Source of the DNA: an uncultured Mycoplasmatota bacterium
GTDB taxonomy: Bacteria > Bacillota_I > Bacilli_A > RF39 > UBA660
Reading direction: 5' to 3'
Length of the DNA stretch: 64,000 nucleotides
Assembly: GCA_900553395.1 (NCBI GenBank)
Contig: USDJ01000006.1
Coordinates: forward strand, 13,863-77,862
Below are positions 49,592 to 59,442 of the stretch, in pieces. Every line of letters begins with the position of its first letter. Position 1 is the first letter of the stretch. The translations under genes were made by a program, and so were the position numbers. Under the pieces are notes generated by a model that ran no database searches, was not told the DNA's origin, and worked only from the letters and a program-made list of their open reading frames with translations.

Positions 49592-51235
49592 TTATATTTC
49601 TTGTACTACAACTAGTATCATAGGCCTTATTTCTGTCTCTTTATAAAAATATTTACCTAATTTTTCTCTTATATTAAGTTTTAATTTATTATAATCAATA
49701 TGGCCTGTTTTAATTTGTTCGTTAATTGCATCAGTAACTATTTTTTCTGATTCTTTAATTATGTCAATATTTTCTTTAACATATATAAATCCTCTAGTTA
49801 CTATGTTAGGCTTATTTATTATTTTCTTAGTTTGTCTATCTATATTAGCATTTACAACTACAACTCCACTATCACTTAGCATTTCTCTATCTTTTAAGAC
49901 AAGATCACCTATATCACCTACTGTTTTACCATCAATTAAAATATCATCTACTTTAATTGTCTCATCAGTTTCAACTAATTCTCCATCTACAAAACAAGCC
50001 ACTTCACCATTTAAATTCAAAAGAATATTATCTTCAGACATATTTAATCTTTTAGCTAAGATTGCATTTTCAACCTGATCTTTATATTCTCCAATTACTG
50101 GAAAATAATACTTAGGTTTCATTAAATTTATCATAAGCATAATATCTTCACTTGAAGCATGAGGAGATAAATATTTCTTAGGTAATATTACAAGTTTAGA
50201 GCCTACTTTAGCAATTTTATCAAAAACTCTAGTAGCTGTAATTTCACCGCCATCATAAATAGGTGATAGCATGACAACTGTATCTTTATCGGTTAAAGTT
50301 ACAAACTTATCTGAATTTCTAAGTATTCTTTTTAAACTAGAATAAGGTTTTTCTCTTTCGTTAGAAATTATAACTATTATTCCCACATCATTAACATGAC
50401 TTATAGTTTTTATTCTTGACTTATCAAATGTTATATATTTTAAATCTATTCCCTTTAAAATAACACTTTCAAGACTTTTACCCATTATTACTACATTTCT
50501 ATCAGTTTTTGATATTTCATTAAATAATTCTTGTATTCTATATATTTGTGTTTCAAATATATTAAAAAATATTCTACCTAAATTATCGTCTAAAGTTGTT
50601 CTTATTACACTACTAGCTTGATGCTGAGGAGATGTATATCCAACCTTAGATGCATAAACCGATTCGTTCATAAGGCAAAGGACACCTTGTTTACCAATAT
50701 AAGCTAGTTTACCTATATCCATAGAATAAGGTCCCATCATTGAAGGGTCAAATAAATAGTTTCCAGTAAACACTATTGCTCCATCTTTTGTAGTTAAAAC
50801 ATATATAAAACAATCTGGCAAAGCGTGAGATGCTTGTATAGGAAAGATACTCTCACTACCAAAATCTATTTTTTTATGAGCCTTTATTTCTACTAAATTA
50901 GCTTGTTTAATTCCACTTTCTTCTAAATCTTGTTTTATTACTTCAAGAGTAAATTTACCACCGAATATTTTAATATCAGGTAAATCTACTAATATATCTG
51001 ATATAGCTCCCATCTGTTCATCGTGGCCGTGTGTTATAAATAATCCTACTATTTTATCTTTGTTTTGAATTAAATAATCATAATTTGGTATTATATAATC
51101 TACGCCTAATAGTTTATCATCAGCATACTTTAATCCGGCATCAAATATATATATTTTTTCATCTACATTAACAACATACATATTTTTTCCAATTTCATTT
51201 TGACCGCCTAAAGCAAAAATCTTAATTTTACTCAT
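49592..51235 (-). CDS. Ribonuclease J family protein with a degenerate metallo-beta-lactamase motif (RNase J2-like)
   Basis: MSKIKIFALGGQNEIGKNMYVV, beta-CASP architecture and 547 aa. Motif II reads THGHDEQMGA instead of the canonical HGHEDHIG. Confidence 0.8.
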   Translation of the reverse strand: MSKIKIFALGGQNEIGKNMYVVNVDEKIYIFDAGLKYADDKLLGVDYIIPNYDYLIQNKDKIVGLFITHGHDEQMGAISDILVDLPDIKIFGGKFTLEVIKQDLEESGIKQANLVEIKAHKKIDFGSESIFPIQASHALPDCFIYVLTTKDGAIVFTGNYLFDPSMMGPYSMDIGKLAYIGKQGVLCLMNESVYASKVGYTSPQHQASSVIRTTLDDNLGRIFFNIFETQIYRIQELFNEISKTDRNVVIMGKSLESVILKGIDLKYITFDKSRIKTISHVNDVGIIVIISNEREKPYSSLKRILRNSDKFVTLTDKDTVVMLSPIYDGGEITATRVFDKIAKVGSKLVILPKKYLSPHASSEDIMLMINLMKPKYYFPVIGEYKDQVENAILAKRLNMSEDNILLNLNGEVACFVDGELVETDETIKVDDILIDGKTVGDIGDLVLKDREMLSDSGVVVVNANIDRQTKKIINKPNIVTRGFIYVKENIDIIKESEKIVTDAINEQIKTGHIDYNKLKLNIREKLGKYFYKETEIRPMILVVVQEI

Positions 51236-51332
51236 AATTACTCCTTTCTTTTAAAGCTTAATAAGACTAAAACATTATATCATCTAAAGCATAAAATTGC
51301 AATTAAAAAATAAAAAGTGATTATATCACTAA

Positions 51333-52034
51333 TTATTCAAACACATCAAAATATTCTCCACTATCTAAATATAGAATTCCATTTTTATTAGGAAATGACT
51401 TCATCATATCTATATATTTATTAAGATTTAAAAACCTACTAAGGTTCAAATAAACATAATTACCATCATTCATAACTAAAAGGAATCTTTCTTGATCTAC
51501 ATCATTTGGTTTATACTCTATTTCAGATATCCTACTTAAAATATCAACATCAATTTTTTTAAATTTTGTTATAAATTTACTATATATGGTGTTAGGAACC
51601 ACATTAATTAACGTTGGTGCCTTATAATTTGAATCTACTCTATCTTCATTATATAATACAGTTTTATTTTCAGGTAAATAATAAAATAAAGGATAGTTTT
51701 CTTCAACTTCAATATAAACTCTTTTTAAAGCACCTTTTTTACTCACTTTTGCACTATAAATATACATATTGCTTTCTAATCTTTTTTCTATTTTATAGCT
51801 CATATTACTTATAGAGCTTGGATAGTCTTGAATAGATGCTATATCAATTATTTCTTGATCAGTCAAAATTCTATTACCTTTGATATAAATATTTGTTATT
51901 TTTACATTAAAAACATAATATATAGCAAGAATTATTAAAAATAATATAGCAAGAAAAGTAAAAAAGCGTTTTTTATTTAATTTTTTTTTGTTACTATTTT
52001 TTTTCTTTTTTTTGCTCTTATTATTTTTAGCCAT
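51333..52034 (-). CDS. divIB: Cell division protein DivIB/FtsQ
   Basis: Lys-rich N-terminus, a single TM helix and a POTRA-like segment (ITNIYIKGNRILTDQEI). It sits between murB and ftsA. Confidence 0.75.
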   Translation of the reverse strand: MAKNNKSKKKKKNSNKKKLNKKRFFTFLAILFLIILAIYYVFNVKITNIYIKGNRILTDQEIIDIASIQDYPSSISNMSYKIEKRLESNMYIYSAKVSKKGALKRVYIEVEENYPLFYYLPENKTVLYNEDRVDSNYKAPTLINVVPNTIYSKFITKFKKIDVDILSRISEIEYKPNDVDQERFLLVMNDGNYVYLNLSRFLNLNKYIDMMKSFPNKNGILYLDSGEYFDVFE

Positions 52035-52042
52035 ACTATCAC

Positions 52043-52939
52043 CTATTCTATAAATTCTTGCTCAACTTTTAATTCTATATTATATTTATCTTTTACATCA
52101 TTCTTAATCTTATTAATAAGTTCTTTTACATCTTCACCCTTAGCTTCACCTGTATTTATTATAAAATTTGCATGCTTATCACTTACTTTAGCTCCACCTA
52201 TACTATAGCCCTTAAGACCAATATCTTCTATAAGTTTTCCTGCATAATTACCTTCTGGATTTCTAAATACAGAGCCAGCACTAGGATACTCTAAAGGCTG
52301 AGTTTCTATTCTCCTTTTTTTTCTTTCTTCTATTATTTCCATAATTTCTAGAGAGTTACCTTTAGCTAAAGAAATAGAAGCCTCTATGCATATATATCCT
52401 TTATTTTTTTGTAAAAATGAAGATCTATAATGAAAATCTAAATCTTTGTTATACAAAGTTTCAATCCTATAGTCTGGTGTTATTACCTTAACACTAGTTA
52501 CAATATATCCCATATCAGACTTGTAAGCTCCTGCATTCATATACACAGCTCCACCAACAGTCCCAGGAATACCAGTTGCAAATTCCATACCAGTTAATCC
52601 CAGCCTAGATACTCTTAGAGCTAATTTATTTAATAAGTAACCCGCACCCACTATTACTTTAGTTCCAATTATTTTTAGCGAGTTAAAATTATCTAATTTA
52701 ATTATTACTCCATCATATCCAGAATCGTTAAAAATGACATTAGAACCATTTCCAAGAATTTTATATTTTATATTACTAGAATCTAAATATTTTATTAAAG
52801 TAATAAGAGATGCCTCATCATTAGGAAAGACAACACACTTCACTGGTCCTCCAACTTTATATGTTGTATAATCTTTCATTTTAGCATCGGATATAACTCT
52901 ACCTATACCTAATTTTTTTATGTTCTTTACTATACTCAT
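52043..52939 (-). CDS. murB: UDP-N-acetylenolpyruvoylglucosamine reductase
   Basis: YTTYKVGGPVKCVV, ILGNGSNVIF, GIPGTVGGAVYMNAGAY and SAGSVFRNP. Confidence 0.93.
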   Translation of the reverse strand: MSIVKNIKKLGIGRVISDAKMKDYTTYKVGGPVKCVVFPNDEASLITLIKYLDSSNIKYKILGNGSNVIFNDSGYDGVIIKLDNFNSLKIIGTKVIVGAGYLLNKLALRVSRLGLTGMEFATGIPGTVGGAVYMNAGAYKSDMGYIVTSVKVITPDYRIETLYNKDLDFHYRSSFLQKNKGYICIEASISLAKGNSLEIMEIIEERKKRRIETQPLEYPSAGSVFRNPEGNYAGKLIEDIGLKGYSIGGAKVSDKHANFIINTGEAKGEDVKELINKIKNDVKDKYNIELKVEQEFIE

Positions 52940-54024
52940 AAATTTTTACCATCTACTAACTTTTCTAAATTTTTATAAATAATTGTTGCACTATTAGGAA
53001 CATCTAATTTTTTAAGATTACTTTTTAGTTCTATAGTTTTTTTATCATTAGACAATATATCATCTATTTTATCTATTAAGGCTAAACTATTTAAATCTTT
53101 TTCTTCTATCAAATACGCTGCATTATTGTTAACTAAATCAAGAGCATTTTTATACTGATGATTATTAGGTACATAAGGACTAGGTATTAATATTGATGGA
53201 ACTTTCAGTGCGATTATCTCACTTAATGTAGAAGCTCCAGCTCGTGTAACTATTAAGTCAATATTTTTCATGGCTCCCGTCATTCCTTCTATATATGGAA
53301 GAACCTTAACATTACTAGGAAATCCATTCTTTATCACTCTATCATAGTCACCTTTGCCTGTGACATATAATATTTGATAATCTTTACCCTTAAATAATTT
53401 CATAGTTTCTATTAAAAAGTCATTTATAGTACTAGCACCTAAAGATCCCATAACAAATAATACTGTCTTTTTAGCTTTGCTAAGGCCAAACTCACTCATA
53501 TCTATTGACTTAGTTTTAACCGCATTCTCGCTACAAGGATTTCCCGTAAATATTGTTTTATCACTAGGAAATGAATTAAGACTTGACTTGAATGATACAG
53601 CAATTAAATCAACATACTTACTAAGCATTAAGTTAGCTTTTCCAGCAACACTATTTTGTTCGTGTATAAGGGTTTTAATTTTTAAACTATGTGCAGCTAA
53701 AATAACTGGAACTGTAACATAACCTCCAACTCCAATAACTACATCCGGCTTAAAATCCTTTATGATTTTTTTCATTTCTCTTTTTGCCTTTATTAAGCAC
53801 TTAATGGTCTTGAAATTAGAAAATATTTTTTTTCTATTAAAACCATATACTTCAATAGATTTAAAAGGAATATTATATTTAGGAACAATATCTTTTTCCA
53901 TTCTATTATGAGTACCAATATATAAAAATTCACTTTCTGGCTCATACTCTTTTATTTTATTTATAATAGCTAAGGCAGGGTAAATATGACCACCAGTACC
54001 ACCAGCACTTATAATAACTCTCAT
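52936..54024 (-). CDS. murG: Undecaprenyldiphospho-muramoylpentapeptide beta-N-acetylglucosaminyltransferase
   Basis: ISAGGTGGHIYPALAI and RAGASTLSEI. Confidence 0.93.
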   Translation of the reverse strand: MRVIISAGGTGGHIYPALAIINKIKEYEPESEFLYIGTHNRMEKDIVPKYNIPFKSIEVYGFNRKKIFSNFKTIKCLIKAKREMKKIIKDFKPDVVIGVGGYVTVPVILAAHSLKIKTLIHEQNSVAGKANLMLSKYVDLIAVSFKSSLNSFPSDKTIFTGNPCSENAVKTKSIDMSEFGLSKAKKTVLFVMGSLGASTINDFLIETMKLFKGKDYQILYVTGKGDYDRVIKNGFPSNVKVLPYIEGMTGAMKNIDLIVTRAGASTLSEIIALKVPSILIPSPYVPNNHQYKNALDLVNNNAAYLIEEKDLNSLALIDKIDDILSNDKKTIELKSNLKKLDVPNSATIIYKNLEKLVDGKNL

Positions 54025-54113
54025 ATAATCACTCCTATCTCATTATACCATAATTATATTCATTTACAATAATTTATATAAACTAAAAGACTCAAAATAT
54101 GTCAAATTGAGTC

Positions 54114-55850
54114 TTAAAATCCACTTCTTTTAAATAACTTCTCTAAATCACTTTTAGAATAGTAAATAACAGTAGGCCTACCATGCGGACAGTTAAAAGG
54201 ATTATCACACTTTCTTAAATCATTTATTAAGTTTTCCATTTCATCCATAGTAATAGCTGTATTTGCCTTAATTGACATTTTACACGCCATAGTAGCCGAT
54301 AAGTGATCATTAAATCTAGCTATATCAAAGTTTTTTTCTTTATTTATAACAAGATCTAAAACCTCCTTTATTGCATTATACTCATTATTTTTAGGTATCC
54401 ATACAGGATGTGATTTAATTATAACCGAATTTATTCCAAACTCATCTATATCAAAATTTAAACTTCTAAGAAATTCAAAGTTTTCCTTTAATATAACGTA
54501 TTCAGAATTAGTATATTCAAGTGTTATAGGGATTAGCAATTGTATACTTTCTTTCTTTGGATTATTCAGCTTTTCCTTTACTATTTCATAGTTTATTCTT
54601 TCCTTAGCTGCGTGTTGATCTATTATATACATTCCAATTTCATTTTGACAAATAATATAAGTCCCGTGTACTAATCCAACAGGATACATAATAGGCAATT
54701 TTTCACTAGAATCTTCGTGAACTTCTACTTCACTATCAACTAAATTACTATTTATGACATATTCCTCTTCATTATCAGATAAAATCGGAGTATCAAAATC
54801 TAAAACTATTTTTTCATAAGTTTTCTCTTTCGGTGCTTCTTTTGGTTCTTCAATATGTGGAATTAATGTTTTTTTAGATAACAATTTTATTATATTCATT
54901 TTTATTAATTCAATTAAATCTTCTATATTACTAAACTTAATATCCATTTTAGTGGGGTGAATATTAACATCTACTAGTGTTGTATCTACATTTATATTTA
55001 AAACAACAATCGGATAATAATTATCTGGTTTATAAGAATGATAAGAATCATTTATTGCCCTATTTAACTCTATATTTCTTACTATTCTTCCATTTACTAT
55101 AGTAACCATACTATTTCTACTTGACTTATATACTTCAGGCAGACTTATGAATCCACTAACTGAATAATCGTTATTTGAGCAATTAATTTCTAGCATCTTC
55201 TTAGCTACAGAAATACCATAAATATTTTTAATACATTTAAGCAAATTTGAAGATCCAGCAGTAAGCAATAACTCTTTAGAATCATTAAAAACAGTAAATC
55301 TTATTTCTGGATGTGAAAGAGCTATTTTATTCATATAATCCATTATACTCGACAATTCAGTATATAAACTTTTTAAGTGCTTTAATCTAGCTGGAGTATT
55401 ATAAAATAAATCTCTAACACTAATAGTTGTACCTTTTCTAGCATCACTTTTTTCTACACTTAAAACTTTTCCACCTTTTATATTAACCTTTGTTCCAACA
55501 TCACCTTTAGAGGTTATAAGTTCTATATCAGAAACAGAAGCAATACTAGCTAAGGCTTCACCTCTAAAGCCTAATGTGTGAATATGATATAAATCATTTT
55601 CATCTATAATTTTACTTGTAGCATGCCTATTAAAAGCTAAAATAGCATCATCATATTCCATACCACAGCCATTATCTATTACTTTAATTTCTTTAACCCC
55701 AGACGAAATCAATTCTACCTTTATTTCAGTAGAATTAGCATCTATGCTATTTTCTACTAATTCCTTCACAACAGAAGAGCACCTCTCAACAACCTCTCCT
55801 GCAGCTATTTTATTAGCCAAAATTTCATCCATTATTTTTATAACTGCCAT
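54114..55850 (-). CDS. mutL: DNA mismatch repair protein MutL
   Basis: LANKIAAGEVVERCSSVVKELVENSIDA, DNGCGM, GFRGEALASI and C-terminal CPHGRP. Confidence 0.93.
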   Translation of the reverse strand: MAVIKIMDEILANKIAAGEVVERCSSVVKELVENSIDANSTEIKVELISSGVKEIKVIDNGCGMEYDDAILAFNRHATSKIIDENDLYHIHTLGFRGEALASIASVSDIELITSKGDVGTKVNIKGGKVLSVEKSDARKGTTISVRDLFYNTPARLKHLKSLYTELSSIMDYMNKIALSHPEIRFTVFNDSKELLLTAGSSNLLKCIKNIYGISVAKKMLEINCSNNDYSVSGFISLPEVYKSSRNSMVTIVNGRIVRNIELNRAINDSYHSYKPDNYYPIVVLNINVDTTLVDVNIHPTKMDIKFSNIEDLIELIKMNIIKLLSKKTLIPHIEEPKEAPKEKTYEKIVLDFDTPILSDNEEEYVINSNLVDSEVEVHEDSSEKLPIMYPVGLVHGTYIICQNEIGMYIIDQHAAKERINYEIVKEKLNNPKKESIQLLIPITLEYTNSEYVILKENFEFLRSLNFDIDEFGINSVIIKSHPVWIPKNNEYNAIKEVLDLVINKEKNFDIARFNDHLSATMACKMSIKANTAITMDEMENLINDLRKCDNPFNCPHGRPTVIYYSKSDLEKLFKRSGF

Positions 55851-55875
55851 TATACCACCTCTTTAATTATATAAT

Positions 55876-55903
55876 AAAAAAAATCTAAAAACTAGATTTT
55901 TTT
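55876..55903 (-). terminator. Terminator-like hairpin inside the mutL leader
   Basis: AAAAATCTA-AAAAC-TAGATTTTT forms a 9-11 A/T-rich bp stem followed by a T-run on the minus strand. It lies about 25 nt upstream of the mutL RBS. Confidence 0.4.
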
Positions 55904-55986
55904 GATATGTTTGATATTAAATGCCATTTATATACTAAAATTCAACCAAACTATTGTTTTTTTAAGAAATAAATATGTTTTATAGT

Positions 55987-56018
55987 TATATATAAAAAGT
56001 TTGACAAAATGTCAAACT
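55987..56018 (-). promoter_or_regulatory. Composite element: sufS terminator hairpin overlapping a promoter-like TTGACA-N17-TATATA
   Basis: Hairpin AGTTTGAC-N5-GTCAAACT (55998-56018) followed by TTTTT. On the minus strand TTGACA (56015-56010) and TATATA (55992-55987) are spaced 17 nt apart. A near-identical copy lies at 63346-63377. Confidence 0.4.
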
Positions 56019-57213
56019 AAATTATTACCTCATTTTTTATATTAGGATTAGATAAGCGTTCTACTAATAAATCTATTTCTTCCTTAGTATTATAAAAGTA
56101 CAAACTCATTCTGCAAGTATTCTTTATTCCTATTTCGTCTTTTAACATCTTTGCGCAATGGTTACCTGCTCTAATACATATATTATATTTGTTTAAGTAA
56201 ACGGCTACATCTTGTGGAAAAATATCTTTTATATTAAATGTTATAATACTGCATTTTGAATCTTCATTATATATTATTATATTAGGTACTTCTTTTAATT
56301 TTTCTATTGCATATTCTCTTAATTCTTTTTCGTATTTTTCGATATTACCTATTCCTAAGTTAAATAAATAATTTAAAACGCTACCAAAGCCGACTACTCC
56401 GGCTATATTAGGAGTACCAGCTTCTAGTAAATGTGGCATTTCATTATAATTTTTAGTTCCATCAAATTCGAATGAAGAATTCATTCCTCCACCTACTATA
56501 ATCGGTCTTATTTTATCTAAATATTCTTCTTTTAAATATAGCACACCTACACCAGTAGGTCCACACATTTTATGTGCTGAAAAGGCTAAGAAATCCATAT
56601 CAAGTGATTGAACATCTACTACCATATGTGGTATGGATTGAGCTCCATCTATAACCACTTTAATTCCCTTTTCATGAGCCAATTTAATTATTTCTTTTAC
56701 CGGTCTTATATCACCTACTACATTCGTAACATGTGCAATACTAATTACTTTAGTTTTATCAGTAATAGAATTTTTTACATTTTCTAAAGTAAGTGATAAA
56801 TTAGAGTCTAATTTAATATAATTAACGTCTATTCCTATTTGCTCTTTAAGCTCAAACCATGGTAAAACATTAGACGCATGTTCAGATTTAGTAATTAAAA
56901 CTTCATCACCTGCATTTAAATAATTTTTAAAATAGCCAAATATTATTTTATTTAATGCATCTGTGGCATTATTCGTAAATACTATCTGATTAGCGCTTTT
57001 GGCATTTAAAAGTTTTCTTACTAGCTCCCTTGTATTTTCATACATAGAATCTACTTTTAGACTTATATCATAATCTCCTCTATGTGCATTAGCACTATAA
57101 TGATTATAATAATCACTAATAGTGTCGCTTAATATATATGGTTTTAATGTAGTAGCACCATTATCTAAATAAATAATACCACTTTTAAGTATCAAAAAAT
57201 CATCTCTATTCAT
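56017..57213 (-). CDS. sufS: Cysteine desulfurase, SufS-like (class V aminotransferase)
   Basis: YLDNGATTLKP, SAHKMCGPTGVGVLY (PLP lysine) and RAGNHCA. The likely start is ATG at 57213 (MNRDDF) after GGAGGTGA. Confidence 0.85.
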   Translation of the reverse strand: MNRDDFLILKSGIIYLDNGATTLKPYILSDTISDYYNHYSANAHRGDYDISLKVDSMYENTRELVRKLLNAKSANQIVFTNNATDALNKIIFGYFKNYLNAGDEVLITKSEHASNVLPWFELKEQIGIDVNYIKLDSNLSLTLENVKNSITDKTKVISIAHVTNVVGDIRPVKEIIKLAHEKGIKVVIDGAQSIPHMVVDVQSLDMDFLAFSAHKMCGPTGVGVLYLKEEYLDKIRPIIVGGGMNSSFEFDGTKNYNEMPHLLEAGTPNIAGVVGFGSVLNYLFNLGIGNIEKYEKELREYAIEKLKEVPNIIIYNEDSKCSIITFNIKDIFPQDVAVYLNKYNICIRAGNHCAKMLKDEIGIKNTCRMSLYFYNTKEEIDLLVERLSNPNIKNEVII

Positions 57214-57217
57214 AGAA

Positions 57218-58018
57218 TCACCTCCAATACTTATCAATTTTTTTATTTATATTATTTAATACTTTCTTATTAAGAACATCAGATGTCAAAAATCCTTTTA
57301 TAAGTAAATTTAATGCACTATTATAATCGATTCCTCTACTTTGTAAGTAAAACAGTTCATCATCGCTAAATTTACCTATTAAGGCTGAATGCGAAGCTTC
57401 AACATCATTACAATCTATATATAAATTGGGCTTTATTTCACATTTATTATTTGTTAAATTTATTATTCTATTACTTTGATTTACGATACATCCTGTTACA
57501 TCTTTTGGTACAAACGAAGATACCTGATAAATGATATTTCCAGAGCTAATACACACACTATTATTTTTTATATTACTATTTGTATTTTTACTATTATGAA
57601 ATATATAGAAATCGTATGTTTCTTTACTTGTTGCTATAGATTTAAAATTATAATTAAAGCAAGAATTTAATCCATTTAAATTAACTTTTATCATTTCTTT
57701 TATGCTTTTTAAAGCATGGAATTTTAAAACATCACAAGTACTATTTTTTCCTAAACTATATTCATATTGTATCTTTCCAGTTTGTCCTTTTGTTAAAACA
57801 GTTAAATTAAGATGAGAATTATTTGATATGTTTAAATTTATGTTCAATTTACTTTCTTGTTTTAAATCTATTTCTATTTCCAAATTACAAGTTTTTACTA
57901 CATTTATTTTTATTTCATTTATTGAAAACAAGCATTCTTTGTGGTAATACTCTATCTGAATGTTCTTGCCAACATTTACTTGTTCTAAATTATCATTAAC
58001 TATTTTTATTTTATTCAT
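57218..58018 (-). CDS. Short SufB/SufD-family Fe-S assembly protein
   Basis: C-terminal VEASHSALIGKFSDDELFYLQSRGIDYNSALNLLIKGF is typical of SufD/SufB. The protein is only 266 aa. Confidence 0.7.
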   Translation of the reverse strand: MNKIKIVNDNLEQVNVGKNIQIEYYHKECLFSINEIKINVVKTCNLEIEIDLKQESKLNINLNISNNSHLNLTVLTKGQTGKIQYEYSLGKNSTCDVLKFHALKSIKEMIKVNLNGLNSCFNYNFKSIATSKETYDFYIFHNSKNTNSNIKNNSVCISSGNIIYQVSSFVPKDVTGCIVNQSNRIINLTNNKCEIKPNLYIDCNDVEASHSALIGKFSDDELFYLQSRGIDYNSALNLLIKGFLTSDVLNKKVLNNINKKIDKYWR

Positions 58019-58802
58019 GACTTACAAATTCCCTTATAATACATTCACTAGTAGAACTTGTTTTTTTATTTTTTATAGAATTAAATCCATTTTTTTCTAT
58101 CTCTTTAACTAAACTTTTATCACCAGTTTTAACTATTTTTCCATCTTCAATAATATGCACTATAGTAGGATGAACATATTCTAGTAATCTATTATAGTGT
58201 GTTATAACGATAATACCAGGTTCATACATTTTATAATATTTCCAGATTGCTTCCCCTACTACTTTTAAGCTATCAACATCTAAGCCAGAATCTATTTCAT
58301 CTAACATAATTAAAGAAGGTTTTAACATATACATTTGAAGAATCTCATTTTTCTTTCTTTCCCCACCACTAAATCCTTGGTTTATTCCTCTATGTATCAT
58401 ATCACTTTTCATATGAAGTTCTTCGACATTTTTATCTAATTCTTTGATAAAATCAAACAATTTAAAGTTTTCTTTTTCTCTTATACTAATAGCGCTTCTT
58501 AAAAAGTCAGCATTACTTACACCTTCTATTTCAAGAGGTAATTGCATACCTAAAAATATTCCAAGCCTACTCCTTTCATCCACGCTAAGATCATTTATAA
58601 GAGTATCATTAAAATATATTGATCCCTTTTCTATTTTATAATTAGGGTCACCCATTATAACTTTAGTAAGTGTACTTTTACCTATACCATTAGGACCCAT
58701 TAGAACGTGTATTTCACCACTTTTTACTACTAGGTTAAAATCTTTTAATATTCTTTTATTGTCTACTGAAACTGTTAGATTTTCTATTCTCAATGTACTC
58801 AT
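58011..58802 (-). CDS. sufC: Fe-S cluster assembly ATPase SufC
   Basis: LMGPNGIGKSTL, GFSGGERKKNEILQM and IMLDEIDSGLD. Confidence 0.92.
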   Translation of the reverse strand: MSTLRIENLTVSVDNKRILKDFNLVVKSGEIHVLMGPNGIGKSTLTKVIMGDPNYKIEKGSIYFNDTLINDLSVDERSRLGIFLGMQLPLEIEGVSNADFLRSAISIREKENFKLFDFIKELDKNVEELHMKSDMIHRGINQGFSGGERKKNEILQMYMLKPSLIMLDEIDSGLDVDSLKVVGEAIWKYYKMYEPGIIVITHYNRLLEYVHPTIVHIIEDGKIVKTGDKSLVKEIEKNGFNSIKNKKTSSTSECIIREFVSHE

Positions 58803-58979
58803 GTGACCATCTCCTTTAACATTATACTAAATAAGGCTTAAAAAATAAAGAAAAAAAATTTAAAATGTGGAATAAATTATTAAAAACAATTACATAATAC
58901 CATGAATATTCGCAGTATTCACCGAAAAGAGTTTACCTCTTTTTTTATTTTTGGTAAAATATATAGGGAGAGTGATTAT

Positions 58980-59375
58980 ATGGATTGTGTTTTTTGCAAA
59001 ATAATTAAAGGAGAAATTCCAAGTTTAAAAATATATGAAGACGATAGTGTATTAGCTTTTTTAGATATTAACCCAGACTGCGATGGGCATACACTTATAA
59101 TACCTAAAAAGCATTTTAAAGACTTAGACGATATAGATATTGATACTTTGACAAGAATAAATCTAGCTGCCAAAAAAGTTAAAAAATTACTCGAGGAAAA
59201 ATTACATTGTGATGGAATATCACTTCTTCAAAATAATGGAAATGTCCAAGAAGTAAAACACTATCACCTTCATCTAAAACCTCAATACAAAGATAAAATG
59301 TCATTGGAATTAGTTAAGCATAAAGACTTAATTAAAGATCCAAATGAAATTTATAATATGATTAAAAATAGTTAA
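58980..59375 (+). CDS. HIT-family (histidine triad) nucleotide hydrolase
   Basis: MDCVFCKIIKGEIPS...DGHTLIIPKKH...VKHYHLHLKP is the HxHxHxx triad. Start ATG at 58980 follows GGGAGAG. Confidence 0.88.
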   Translation: MDCVFCKIIKGEIPSLKIYEDDSVLAFLDINPDCDGHTLIIPKKHFKDLDDIDIDTLTRINLAAKKVKKLLEEKLHCDGISLLQNNGNVQEVKHYHLHLKPQYKDKMSLELVKHKDLIKDPNEIYNMIKNS

Positions 59376-59398
59376 AAGGCATGAACAAAAGTGCCTTT
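59375..59398 (+). terminator. Intrinsic terminator of the HIT gene
   Basis: AAAGGCA-loop-TGCCTTT followed by TTTTTATTTT. Confidence 0.75.
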
Positions 59399-59411
59399 TT
59401 TTATTTTAAAA

Positions 59412-59438
59412 AAACTGCACTTTTATTTTGTGCAGTTT
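59412..59438 (-). terminator. Intrinsic terminator of pnp
   Basis: AAACTGCAC-loop-GTGCAGTTT forms a 9-bp stem followed by TTTTTTAAAAT on the minus strand. Confidence 0.75.
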
Positions 59439-59442
59439 ATAT

